A DNA stretch of 32,000 nt. Origin: Okeania sp. (GTDB lineage: Bacteria > Cyanobacteriota > Cyanobacteriia > Cyanobacteriales > Microcoleaceae). A program made the translations under genes and the position numbers. Position 1 is the stretch's first letter. Every line of letters begins with the position of its first letter. Location: NCBI RefSeq assembly GCF_035285525.1, contig NZ_JAYKGW010000071.1, forward strand, positions 1 through 32,000. Reading direction: 5' to 3'. A model generated the notes under the pieces. It was not told the DNA's origin. It saw only the letters and a list, made by a program, of their open reading frames with translations, and ran no database searches. This document shows, piece by piece, positions 9,507 through 18,076 of the stretch.

Positions 9507-9941
9507 TTATAATGATAACAACTGAGCTTGTTGAATCCATTTTTGCACTAAATCTACTGTCGGACAAAGGTCACGACGTTGCATAGTTGATACCTGTAAT
9601 TTTAGTATTTGTTGGTGTAATCTATGAACAGGTATTTGAGATAATTGAGAAACTGAAGCAATACCACCATGAAGCAGAAGTCCACAGTATTCATAACCAA
9701 CGGTAGGAATTCTCGCTAAGTCTGCTAATGCTACCCATTTTTTGATATATTGAGGATGAATTTTTAATTTACTTGCTAATATTAATTTTTGTTGGGAAGT
9801 ATGGGTAATTTCCAAAATTTTTCTAGTAGAAGTAATGCCATATTTTGTTAGTAATTCTTGATGTTCTTTGCTTAAACCAGGCAATTTATCAATAGACCAG
9901 TTTTGAGATTTTATTGATGAAATTTTTGTAATTTTTTTCAT
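9507..9941 (-). CDS. DUF4332 domain-containing protein
   Basis: The track ORF extends to 9971, into the repeat array. The ATG at 9941 (MKKITKISSIKSQNWSIDKLPGLSKEHQELLTKYGITST...) fits the usual DUF4332 N-terminus (helix-hairpin-helix-like). Confidence 0.7.
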   Translation of the reverse strand: MKKITKISSIKSQNWSIDKLPGLSKEHQELLTKYGITSTRKILEITHTSQQKLILASKLKIHPQYIKKWVALADLARIPTVGYEYCGLLLHGGIASVSQLSQIPVHRLHQQILKLQVSTMQRRDLCPTVDLVQKWIQQAQLLSL

Positions 9942-9962
9942 GGTTTTATTTAGTAATAAGTG

Positions 9963-10852
9963 GTAACACAACCTTCCAGGTTGTTACAGCCTCGAAGGCT
10001 GTGTTACAAATTACTATGTAACATAACCTTCCAGGTTGTTACAGCCTCGAAGGCTTACAAATCACTATGTAACACAACCTTCCAGGTTGTTACAGCCTTG
10101 AAAGCTGTGTTACAAATTACTTAACACAACCTTCCAGGTTGTTACAGCTACCGAAGGCCGTATTATAAATTAATATGTAACACAAGCATCTTGCTTGTTA
10201 CAGCCTAGACTGCGATATTACAAATTATTATGTAACACAAACATTCTACTTGTTAAATCCTAGAAGGATGTGTTACAAGCACTATGTAACACAAGTATCC
10301 TGATTATTACAGCCTCGAAGGCTGTGTTTCAATTGATAGAAACAAGGTTCCTGATTATTACAGCCTCGAAGGCTGTGTTTCAATTGATAGAAACAAGGTT
10401 CCTGATTATTACAGCCTCGAAAGCTGTGTTACAATGGATAGAAACAAGTATCCTGCTTATTACAGCCTCGAAGGCTGTGTTTCAATTGATAGAAACAAGG
10501 TTCCTGATTATTACAGCCTCGAAAGCTGTATTACAATGGATAGAAACAAGGTTCCTGATTATTACAGCCTCGAAGGCTGTGTTTCAATTGATAGAAACAA
10601 GGTTCCTGATTATTACAGCCTCGAAAGCTGTATTACAATGGATAGAAACAAGGTTCCTGCTTATTACAGCCTCGAAAGCTGTGTTTCAATTGATAGAAAC
10701 AAGGTTCCTGATTATTACAGCCTCGAAAGCTGTGTTACAATGGATAGAAACAAGGTTCCTGCTTATTACAGCCTCGAAAGCTGTGTTACAATGGATAGAA
10801 ACAAGTATCCTGCTTATTACAGCCTCGAAAGCTGTGTTACAATGGATAGAAA
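9963..10852. repeat. tandem array of ~17 hairpin-forming units (six diverged 51-56 bp units, one 53 bp transition unit, ten exact 51 bp units, then a truncated end)
   Basis: Unit starts, read directly, are at 9963, 10018, 10069, ~10121, 10177, 10232 and 10286. From 10339 they recur every 51 bp up to 10798, and the array ends at about 10852. Two unit variants (CAATTGATA type and ACAATGGATA type) are interleaved. Confidence 0.95.
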
Positions 10853-10913
10853 TTAATCTTCATCTGCACTATCCAAAATTATTAATTATTAATTATTAAT
10901 TATCTTTGCTACT

Positions 10914-12095
10914 TTAACGTAAAATTCCTATCTTTTTCAGTCGCTCATCTAATTGTCTCAAAAACTTTAAATCTATCTTTGGTAAATACCCCTTATTGTC
11001 TTTTTCTAAAAAACTAAAAGCTTGTCTAAACTCATTACCACTTGCCTGAATAGGTACATCAAAATGACAGGAAATAACTTGCTGAAAATTCCAACTTGCC
11101 ACCTTTTCAACCCACTCCATGACCTGGTGGGGATCGCGATTTAAAATCAGAGTTTGCAGTATAGGCGCTACTAACAACCGACCATCCTGGCGTAATTCTG
11201 TAAAAGCACGCTGCCAGTCTGAGTTCCATCGCCACGGTAAGAGACCAAAATATGCACGCTTTGAGCGATCGCTTGCTTTCCCAACATTCTTAAACATTTC
11301 CCCAGTCGGAACTACATCTAAAGCATCCACCTGAAAATATAATGCAAACAAACATATTTTTTGCCACCCTATACACCTATTTCCTGGAGTATCTTCTACC
11401 ACATCAAACACATTATCTTTGGCATGAAATAATAATGGATAAGGGTCTAAATTTAAAATCTCCGGCGGTTCAGCAGGAAGAGATAACACAGTGTCAACCG
11501 CCAGTAAAGTTTTGGATACACTATGCCAAAATGCCACTTCCGCAAAAGGTCGAAAACCAATATCAAGAGGTCCCAAGGTTGCGTAGTCAAATTCCGCTGC
11601 AAAAGGTGCATCGCCACTATTCACAGGAAGTAAGTAAGTACGGTTTCTGGGCAAACCCAACCAACTCAAGGGTAAATTTAGAGGAAAACTCCATTGGTTG
11701 GGGGTGACAAAAACTTCCGCTGTGGGAAATTTTCTGGCAAATGGTCCTACATATACTTTATGTTCTAAACCAGAAATAGTTGGTAAAATAATGTAGCGAA
11801 CTTCTCCATATTTTTCTACCAATTCATTCACCAGGCGAACACATTCCCACGTTGGTGCTATGGGAGCGTAGACAAATAAACCCCCTCCTATCATTCTCAC
11901 TACTGTCATTCTAATTGGTACAGTAACATAAAAGATACCCTGGAGTTGGTCAAAAGTCCAGATTGTATCTTTAACTATTTCTTTTCTTAATGTCCGCCGT
12001 TGACCATAAGGATATAGGGGTAAAATTGGCCATAGTGGCCATGACCAATCCCTAGAATTAAAATTTGGTTGTTGTTTTTGTTTCCCTGAAAGCAC
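10914..12095 (-). CDS. DUF4336 domain-containing protein
   Basis: 393 aa. WSWPLWPILPLYPYGQRRTLRKEIVKDTIWTFDQLQGIFYVTVPIRMTVV... matches my memory of the cyanobacterial/plant DUF4336 family. The ORFs at 11119..11334 and 11342..11707 are antisense shadows. Confidence 0.7.
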   Translation of the reverse strand: MLSGKQKQQPNFNSRDWSWPLWPILPLYPYGQRRTLRKEIVKDTIWTFDQLQGIFYVTVPIRMTVVRMIGGGLFVYAPIAPTWECVRLVNELVEKYGEVRYIILPTISGLEHKVYVGPFARKFPTAEVFVTPNQWSFPLNLPLSWLGLPRNRTYLLPVNSGDAPFAAEFDYATLGPLDIGFRPFAEVAFWHSVSKTLLAVDTVLSLPAEPPEILNLDPYPLLFHAKDNVFDVVEDTPGNRCIGWQKICLFALYFQVDALDVVPTGEMFKNVGKASDRSKRAYFGLLPWRWNSDWQRAFTELRQDGRLLVAPILQTLILNRDPHQVMEWVEKVASWNFQQVISCHFDVPIQASGNEFRQAFSFLEKDNKGYLPKIDLKFLRQLDERLKKIGILR

Positions 12096-12297
12096 CTTTA
12101 ATGCAGTTATTGACTACAATTATTAATTTATCAGAAAGTTGCCAGAAGACCCCACCATAATTTTAAATTTGGTCTTGCAGAGTAAGGTTGGGAGAATTTC
12201 AAAATATGAAGTATTGACTTAATTACAATTACACATACTACATATTCCTCAAAAACTTGGAAGAGTTTTGGTTATTTCACAAGTCATTTTCTAATGA

Positions 12298-12981
12298 TTA
12301 TTTTTCACTAACTGTTCCTGAAATTTTTAAATCATTTAAGGTGGCATTCCAGAAAACCAAATTAAGTTTAGTTAAATTAGATGGTAATTTAAAAGTAACA
12401 TTACCATCTCTTGCATTGATAAATTTATTCCCCAAATTACGAGTAATACTATTAGAATTTTCTTCCGGTTCTAAAGGTCGATCATTTGCTTCAAGACGAA
12501 ACATTTTATCATTATCAAAAGTAGAATTTCCTGAACCTTCGATAGTTAAAGTTAAATTTTTTCCAGCAAAAGGAAGTATATTTCCGCCTATTTCTCCCGT
12601 AACGTAACCGGCTGCTTTTGGAAAAGTGCCATTGAGAATAATATATTGTTCCTCTTGATTTTTTGTGACTTTTATCCTCATTTCTGACTCATTTTCTATC
12701 TGATTATCGTATTTATACCAACCTCCTGCTGCAATCAGAAAAGGATTTACTTTATTCACAGGCGTAGGTTTAAATTTAGATTCGTTAAGTTCGGAATTAT
12801 AATTTTCATTTTTACCTTCATCAAGATTTCTTTGAAATTGTATGCCACCCCAAAAAACAGACGACAGCAATATTAATGCAACAATAATAGGATGACTTCC
12901 CATTACATATAATAAGCGTTTAAAAAAAGTTTTTAAGCTTTGAAAAAAATTTGTGTTAGGATGGCTTGGTTGATTACTCAT
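12298..12981 (-). CDS. hypothetical membrane-anchored protein
   Basis: 227-aa ORF with one N-terminal TM segment (HPIIVALILLSSVFWGGI) followed by an Asn/Glu-rich soluble part. No family recognised. The + strand ORF 12257..12607 is a shadow. Confidence 0.55.
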   Translation of the reverse strand: MSNQPSHPNTNFFQSLKTFFKRLLYVMGSHPIIVALILLSSVFWGGIQFQRNLDEGKNENYNSELNESKFKPTPVNKVNPFLIAAGGWYKYDNQIENESEMRIKVTKNQEEQYIILNGTFPKAAGYVTGEIGGNILPFAGKNLTLTIEGSGNSTFDNDKMFRLEANDRPLEPEENSNSITRNLGNKFINARDGNVTFKLPSNLTKLNLVFWNATLNDLKISGTVSEK

Positions 12982-13281
12982 AACAAATACCTCAACTTTT
13001 AACTACTAACTAATAATTCTCGCTTGCTGATTAAATCTCAAAGCATTGACAAATAGGTTTTAGCTTTTTTGGATATTTTAAAAAGTGCTAGATTTTCGAT
13101 ATCTAGAGGTAAAAAAGGTTAGCATTTTGGGTAAGACAAGGGCAGAAGAATCTTGATCGGCAGTTTCTGACTCACTCCTCTTCCCAGTTTTTTCAGACTC
13201 TGCTTTTTCCAGCTAACCCTAATTCATTACCTCTATTATACTTATCAATAACTTTCACTGCTATTTAACGATACAATTCTT

Positions 13282-15648
13282 TTAAATTGGCAACTCGACT
13301 GTAAAAGTTGTCCAACCATTACTGCTAGTAGCAATCATATTACCATTTAACTGTTCTACTAATTTTTTGACTAGAGCCAGACCTAAACCTGTTCCCCCTT
13401 GTTTCCAAGGGTCTGCATTAGGAACTCGATAAAATTTATCAAATATTTTAGGTAATTCTGATTCGGGAATTTCTGATGGGTTACTAACTATAAATTGAAT
13501 AAAATAAGGAATTTCTGAGGAATTTTTTTTATGGTTATATTCAATTGCAAACATGATTTCTCCACCATCTTTAGTATACTTACAAGCATTATTTAGAAGT
13601 TCTGCTAAAATCCTGCCCAAATTATTAGGATTAGAACGAATTATCGGCAATTCTTCAGGATATTTATTGTTGAGAATTTGTTGCCTTTCTTTCACCCTGG
13701 AGTTAAAAGGTTCTATGATATTAGGCAACCAATTTGTTAATTCTATTACCTCTAAATTAATAGATTCTCTACCTGCTTCTAAACGTTGTAAATCTAATAA
13801 ATCGCTGATTAATTCAATTTCTCTTTTACACTCTGTATCTAAAATTTTTAAATATTGTTGAACCTTTTCTGGAATCGGATATACTTTCAACATATGAATA
13901 GCCATTTTCATATTTGATAGAGGTGTTCTTAATTCATGGGAAACAGTGCTTAAAAAATCATCTTTGAGAATATTAAGTTGTTCTAATTCTTGCACTTTTT
14001 GTTCTAATTGCGCAGTGCGCTCTTTTACTTGTTTTTCTAAGTCCGTATTGAGAGTTTGTACTTGTTGATAAAGTTGAGCTTGTTGAATAGCGATCGCTAA
14101 CTGAGTAGCTAATTGTTGCAATAAATCAATTTCCGATGGTTGCCACTCTCGAATCCCTGAATATTCTTGGGTACACATAATTCCCCATAATTGCCGACCT
14201 TGAGACATGGGTACTATCAAGAAAGATTTTACCTGCTTTTGTTGCAAACTCGTAATTTGTTCTGTAGTTAAATCTGATTGCTCAATATCTGCAACTGCTT
14301 GAATCTGATTTTTCTTGATTTTTAAATTTGACATTAAGCACTCATATAAAGTTTGCTCCTCCATCCAAGAATTGCAATTATCATCTACTGACTCAGCAAC
14401 TATCTTAGTTAATTTGGAAGATTTTACTTGAAATAAAACTACTCGATCTGCCTTCAAAAATTGCTGCACTTCTGTAACTGCTGCATTAATTATTTCATTG
14501 ATATTCAGAGACTGATGAATCCTCAGAGCAATTTGAGCCAGGAGGCGATCGCGTTCCAACTGTGCCTGTATTTCTGCGGTTCGTGCTTGAACTTCTTTTT
14601 CTAATTCTGCATTTCGAGTCCGTAATAACTCAAATTTTTCTGCTTGTAATTGACTCACATCAGCTCGTAATTTTCTAACCAAACTAAACATAACTGTTGG
14701 GTCTAATACTTGCAATAAACTTGTCTGATTCACTGTTCCTATTAACTCTCCTTGCTTACCAGATACTATCAAAAGTTGCACCTGTTCCTGCAACATTTTT
14801 CTATGAGCATCCCATAAAGAATTGTTTGCTTTCAGACAATTTATTTGAGTTTTCATTACTGTATTTACAGGTATTTTTGCGAAATCTAAATTCAGAAAAT
14901 ATGCTTGGGCAATCTCTTTATTAGAAATTATGCCAATTGGTTTTTCGATACTTTGGGTTTTAACTTTTTTATTCTGTGTAACAATGACACTATTCACTTT
15001 ATTTTCTACCATTAATTGACTTACTTTCAACAATGATGCTGTTCCTGAAATTGTCACTGTCATATTATCATTTTTGACTTCATTTACTCGTCTTAACCTC
15101 AGAATATTAGAAGGTTGCAATACTTGACAAATTTTTTCTGGTGTCATCACACCAACTATTTTACCTTGATTATTTAGCACTGGTAGATGGCTAATTCTAT
15201 GTTTTCGGAATAAAGACAAAGCTGTAAATAAATCTTGTTCGTCTGATTCTCGCAGAGTAATAACATTAGATGTCATTACATCCCTAATCAGTAAATCTTC
15301 TGATAAATTTTGGAGATTCTTAATTTTATCGTTAGCTATTAATTTAACAATATCAGTAGCAGTAAATATTCCTAATAAGGAAGATTGTGCACTATCTTTT
15401 TGTTCTGGTTCTATAGGGATATTTTGAACTATTAAAACACTTGTATCTTTTTGGTGGTTTGATATTTTTGATTCCTCAACCTGTTCATTTTCAGAGATAT
15501 TTACATTAGGTAAAGCACTACTATTATTTGACTGACTCATTAATTTGAGAACATCTACCAGAGGAGTTTCTGGACTCACAGTTAAAGGATGACGGTCAAT
15601 AGCTTGTTGTAGAGGTGATGAATAACTAAATTGAGCAACCATAATCAT
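13282..15648 (-). CDS. sensor histidine kinase with N-terminal CBS-type repeats, a GAF-like domain and a HisKA/HATPase core
   Basis: 788 aa. H-box STVSHELRTPLSNM, N-box ELLNNACKYT and G-box GGTGLGLALVKKLV. Coiled-coil linkers flank a GAF-like segment (about aa 370-520). CBS-like repeats include RDVMTSNVITL and ISHLPVLNNQGKIVGVMT. There is no adjacent response regulator. Confidence 0.85.
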   Translation of the reverse strand: MIMVAQFSYSSPLQQAIDRHPLTVSPETPLVDVLKLMSQSNNSSALPNVNISENEQVEESKISNHQKDTSVLIVQNIPIEPEQKDSAQSSLLGIFTATDIVKLIANDKIKNLQNLSEDLLIRDVMTSNVITLRESDEQDLFTALSLFRKHRISHLPVLNNQGKIVGVMTPEKICQVLQPSNILRLRRVNEVKNDNMTVTISGTASLLKVSQLMVENKVNSVIVTQNKKVKTQSIEKPIGIISNKEIAQAYFLNLDFAKIPVNTVMKTQINCLKANNSLWDAHRKMLQEQVQLLIVSGKQGELIGTVNQTSLLQVLDPTVMFSLVRKLRADVSQLQAEKFELLRTRNAELEKEVQARTAEIQAQLERDRLLAQIALRIHQSLNINEIINAAVTEVQQFLKADRVVLFQVKSSKLTKIVAESVDDNCNSWMEEQTLYECLMSNLKIKKNQIQAVADIEQSDLTTEQITSLQQKQVKSFLIVPMSQGRQLWGIMCTQEYSGIREWQPSEIDLLQQLATQLAIAIQQAQLYQQVQTLNTDLEKQVKERTAQLEQKVQELEQLNILKDDFLSTVSHELRTPLSNMKMAIHMLKVYPIPEKVQQYLKILDTECKREIELISDLLDLQRLEAGRESINLEVIELTNWLPNIIEPFNSRVKERQQILNNKYPEELPIIRSNPNNLGRILAELLNNACKYTKDGGEIMFAIEYNHKKNSSEIPYFIQFIVSNPSEIPESELPKIFDKFYRVPNADPWKQGGTGLGLALVKKLVEQLNGNMIATSSNGWTTFTVELPI

Positions 15649-16325
15649 ATTTCCTCATTTTGCTAGATTAGAAAGAAGGGAGAAGTCAAAGGAAAGAAGA
15701 GAAAAACACCCTGAAAGAGAGAAAGCTTTTTGATTACCGATTATTTATATTGAAATTGTGCTATACGGATGTTTTTTGTTAGCCATAATCCTAATTCCAG
15801 GTGTGACAGGCTAGGTCATGTTTAGCAAGTATTATTTTTTGCTAATTATTCCAGTGCAGTTCAGTTTTAAATCTTAGTAACATAAAACAAACAATTAGAA
15901 ATTATCAATACGTTATAGCAGATTATGGGCAACGATATCTTCCCATCTCCCCATCTCCCCATCCCCTACTTAATTTTATAAATCCGGTTAGGAGTTCTAT
16001 ATATATCATAGTACTTTTCCGTAAGTCCTGTAAACCTGATTTTGGCTAAACATTATGTTCGGAGAATAAGAATCTGATCAAAAAACTTTCTCCTTTCTCA
16101 CCTTTTTTTCCTTCTGTCTTCTAGTTTTTGCCTTTCTTCCTCCTAAATCTTAGTAGAACTTACCCATAGACCATAGATATAGCGCTCAAAACTATAGTCC
16201 TATAGTTTTTTAAGTCTATATTATATAGTACCTTTGCTTAAGTTCAACTGGACATGATATAACATCCTAATGATAGAATTATCTATTGTATTATTAAGTA
16301 ATAATACCATTATTGAAGAAAATCT

Positions 16326-17426
16326 ATGAACTTAGGGATTAAATTAAAGCACCAATATCTTCGTTTTTTCACTTTAGCCATACTATTGTTTGTAACTGCT
16401 TGTAAAGGTGGAGAAATAAAAACAGAATCTACTGAGACTCCCTCCGCAGTAGCAACTCCAGAAGAAGAAGAAGCGAGAAATTATATTCTAGTTGATGGTT
16501 CCAGTACCATTTTTCCTATCTCAGACACAATAGCTCAAAGTTTTATGGAGGATAATCCTAATATTCAGGTAATTGTAGGAATATCTAGTTCTGGTGCTGG
16601 ACTGAAAAAGTTTTGTATTGGGGATATAGATATAGGAAATGCTTCCCGTGCTATGAAAAAGTCTGAGATCGATCTTTGTCAGAAAAACGAAATAGAGTTT
16701 GTGGAAATTCCCATTGCCTTTGATGCTATTGCCGTCCTTGGCCACATTTATAATGAATGGTCAGACTGTCTAACTCTAGAAGAACTAAAAAAAATCTGGC
16801 AGCCTAATGATGATGCTGCTGAAAATATCACTCAATGGAAACAAATTCGTGAAGACTTTCCTGAACAACCCCTGAATCTTTATGCTCCCAACACTGACTC
16901 TGGTACTTATGATTACTTTACTGATGCTGTTCTGGGAACACCAGGTAAAAGCCGAAAGGACTTCAAGAGTAGTGATGATGATAATATCATTATTCAGGAC
17001 ATCGAATCTGACCAAGGTAGTTTGGGTTTCCTGAGTTTTGCCTACTACCAACAAAATAAGGATTTTTTGAAGTTAATTGCTATTGATAATGGTAGTGGTC
17101 AATGTATCGAACCAAGTCAGGAGATAGTCGCCAACGGTAATTATAGTCCTCTATCTCGTCCATTATTTTTATATGTAAATAAAAATTCCCTAGAAAAAAT
17201 GCCTGCTGTTAAAGCTCTTGTTGATTACCAAATGGATGCGACTAATAAAAAGGTAATTTCTGAAGCAGGTTATGTTCCTATTTCAGGTGCATTAGAAGTC
17301 AAGTTAAAAGAGCGCGTTCAAGAATTGACTACTGGCTCAGTTTTTGAAGGAGAATCTGCCGTTGGCGTTAAGCTCATTGATAAATATTTTTCTGAAAAAG
17401 AAAGAAAGAAGATGGGTGATAGTTAA
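16326..17426 (+). CDS. pstS: PstS-family phosphate-binding lipoprotein (ABC transporter substrate-binding protein)
   Basis: 366 aa. Lipobox-like LFVTAC, VDGSSTIFPISD, GISSSGAGLKKF and GNASRAMKKSE are typical of PBP-like-2/PstS proteins. No pstCAB genes lie in the window. Confidence 0.75.
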   Translation: MNLGIKLKHQYLRFFTLAILLFVTACKGGEIKTESTETPSAVATPEEEEARNYILVDGSSTIFPISDTIAQSFMEDNPNIQVIVGISSSGAGLKKFCIGDIDIGNASRAMKKSEIDLCQKNEIEFVEIPIAFDAIAVLGHIYNEWSDCLTLEELKKIWQPNDDAAENITQWKQIREDFPEQPLNLYAPNTDSGTYDYFTDAVLGTPGKSRKDFKSSDDDNIIIQDIESDQGSLGFLSFAYYQQNKDFLKLIAIDNGSGQCIEPSQEIVANGNYSPLSRPLFLYVNKNSLEKMPAVKALVDYQMDATNKKVISEAGYVPISGALEVKLKERVQELTTGSVFEGESAVGVKLIDKYFSEKERKKMGDS

Positions 17427-17432
17427 AAAAAC

Positions 17433-17521
17433 AGGACTTACCCATGAACCCTGTTGGTAGGGTGCGTTAGCGGTAGCGTAACGCACCGATACTCCATATC
17501 TAGTGCCTTTCCGTAAGTCCT
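17433..17521. mobile_element. MITE-like element (AGGACTTACCCATGAAC... type)
   Basis: AGGACTTAC...GTAAGTCCT termini with an internal GGTGCGTTAGCGGTAGCGTAACGCACC hairpin. It sits directly after the pstS-like stop codon. Confidence 0.6.
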
Positions 17522-17532
17522 AGTCAAAAGTC

Positions 17533-17633
17533 AAGGATTTTTTGGGGATTGATCAACTAAATTTCCTGGTTTAAACAACAATATCATAATAAACCGGGTT
17601 GATTGGTTGCTTGGCGTCAGTCCTGATCTAATT
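17533..17633. mobile_element. MITE-like element, AAACCGGGTT family
   Basis: Shares the TTTCCTGGTTTAAACAACAATAT...AATAAACCGGGTT core with the copy at 5249-5348. The track ORF 17531..17716 lies inside it and is judged spurious. Confidence 0.55.
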
Positions 17634-17728
17634 AGGGTTTGTTGAATAAATATAAAAGTGTTTGCTGGTAAAGATTTCACCATTTGCAGAAAAAGGCTAA
17701 AATTTTTACCTATCAAAGTATTGATATT

Positions 17729-17886
17729 AGGACTTACCCATGAACGCTATCTGTAGTAAGGTGCGTTTTGCGTTCCGCAAAGCTCCGCTTTATATGTCGG
17801 CTCAAGCGCCGAAACGCTACGCGACATGTAAAGCACACAACGCACAACGCACCAATACCCTATATCTACTGCCTTTGCGTAAGTCC
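17729..17886. mobile_element. MITE-like element (longer relative of 17433-17521)
   Basis: Begins AGGACTTACCCATGAACGC and ends TTTGCGTAAGTCCT. The GC-rich interior generates the spurious track ORFs 17740..17970 and 17768..17992. Confidence 0.6.
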
Positions 17887-17999
17887 TGGATATATAAAAA
17901 TTATCAAATTTTTAGGTCGGGAAAAAGTACCAGGTTTTTGGTTGACTTTGGCAGAAAAATTAAGGGATAATTATTCCTACTGTCTTCTGTAAATTCCTG

Positions 18000-18028
18000 T
18001 AGGGACGCCCTTATGCAACGTTCCTACA
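18000..18028. repeat. GTAGGGACG...CGT(T/C)CCTAC hairpin repeat, possibly the terminator of the FAD oxidoreductase gene
   Basis: GTAGGGACGCCCTTATGCAACGTTCCTAC lies 49 nt beyond the stop at 18077. Related copies are at 19510-19537 and 31234-31259. Confidence 0.5.
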
Positions 18029-18076
18029 TCTCCTGACTCCTCCCCCCACCTATCAGACTTTTTCAGTAAGCCCTAA

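Noticed and set aside
9963-10852. CRISPR array or NsiR1-type sRNA array.
   Set aside because: There are no unique spacers between repeats, because the units abut directly, and no cas genes. The units are too short to hold a promoter plus an sRNA plus a terminator. I saw neither a TCCGGA (DIF-type) motif nor U-tracts. hetF is not adjacent. The NsiR1 comparison is kept only as an architectural precedent.
10270-10899. Track ORFs 10270..10899 (209 aa, LIITASKAVFQLIETRF repeats) and 10434..10856 (140 aa, MDRNKVPDYYSLESCIT repeats). These could be read as repeat proteins or a multi-core RiPP precursor.
   Set aside because: Both frames are open only because the repeat unit is 51 bp (3 x 17) and happens to lack stop codons. 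There is no ribosome-binding site. The frames collapse in the diverged left-hand units. No maturation genes (ATP-grasp, cyanobactin proteases and so on) are nearby. The resemblance to microviridin-type cores is superficial.
13150-13200. ACTCACTCCTCTTCCC stretch as a possible Yfr1-like sRNA motif.
   Set aside because: It does not match the ACUCCUCACAC core I recall, and no flanking stem-loops are evident.
241-16150. CT-rich heptamer tracts lying in sense orientation just upstream of several genes (DUF3598, nth, the histidine kinase, the pstS-like gene), as a shared pyrimidine-rich translation leader.
   Set aside because: Similar blocks also occur downstream of genes and as inverted pairs around MITEs (for example 4389-4410 with 4600-4660, and 15661-15725 with 16088-16150). 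The apparent orientation bias rests on four cases and is more simply explained by repeat-module structure.
15649-16325. Pho-box regulation, or an SphS-like functional pairing between the divergent histidine kinase and the PstS-family gene.
   Set aside because: I could not find three phased PyTTAAPyPy(T/A) repeats. Only isolated CTTAAGTT and ATTAAGTA words occur. The kinase has a CBS-GAF architecture unlike SphS/PhoR, no response regulator is adjacent, and the spacer is mostly repeat DNA.
17531-17992. Track ORFs 17531..17716, 17740..17970 and 17768..17992.
   Set aside because: They lie entirely within MITE-like repeats bounded by AGGACTTAC/GTAAGTCCT. Their Arg/Cys-rich translations come from GC-rich hairpin sequence, and two of them overlap each other in different frames.
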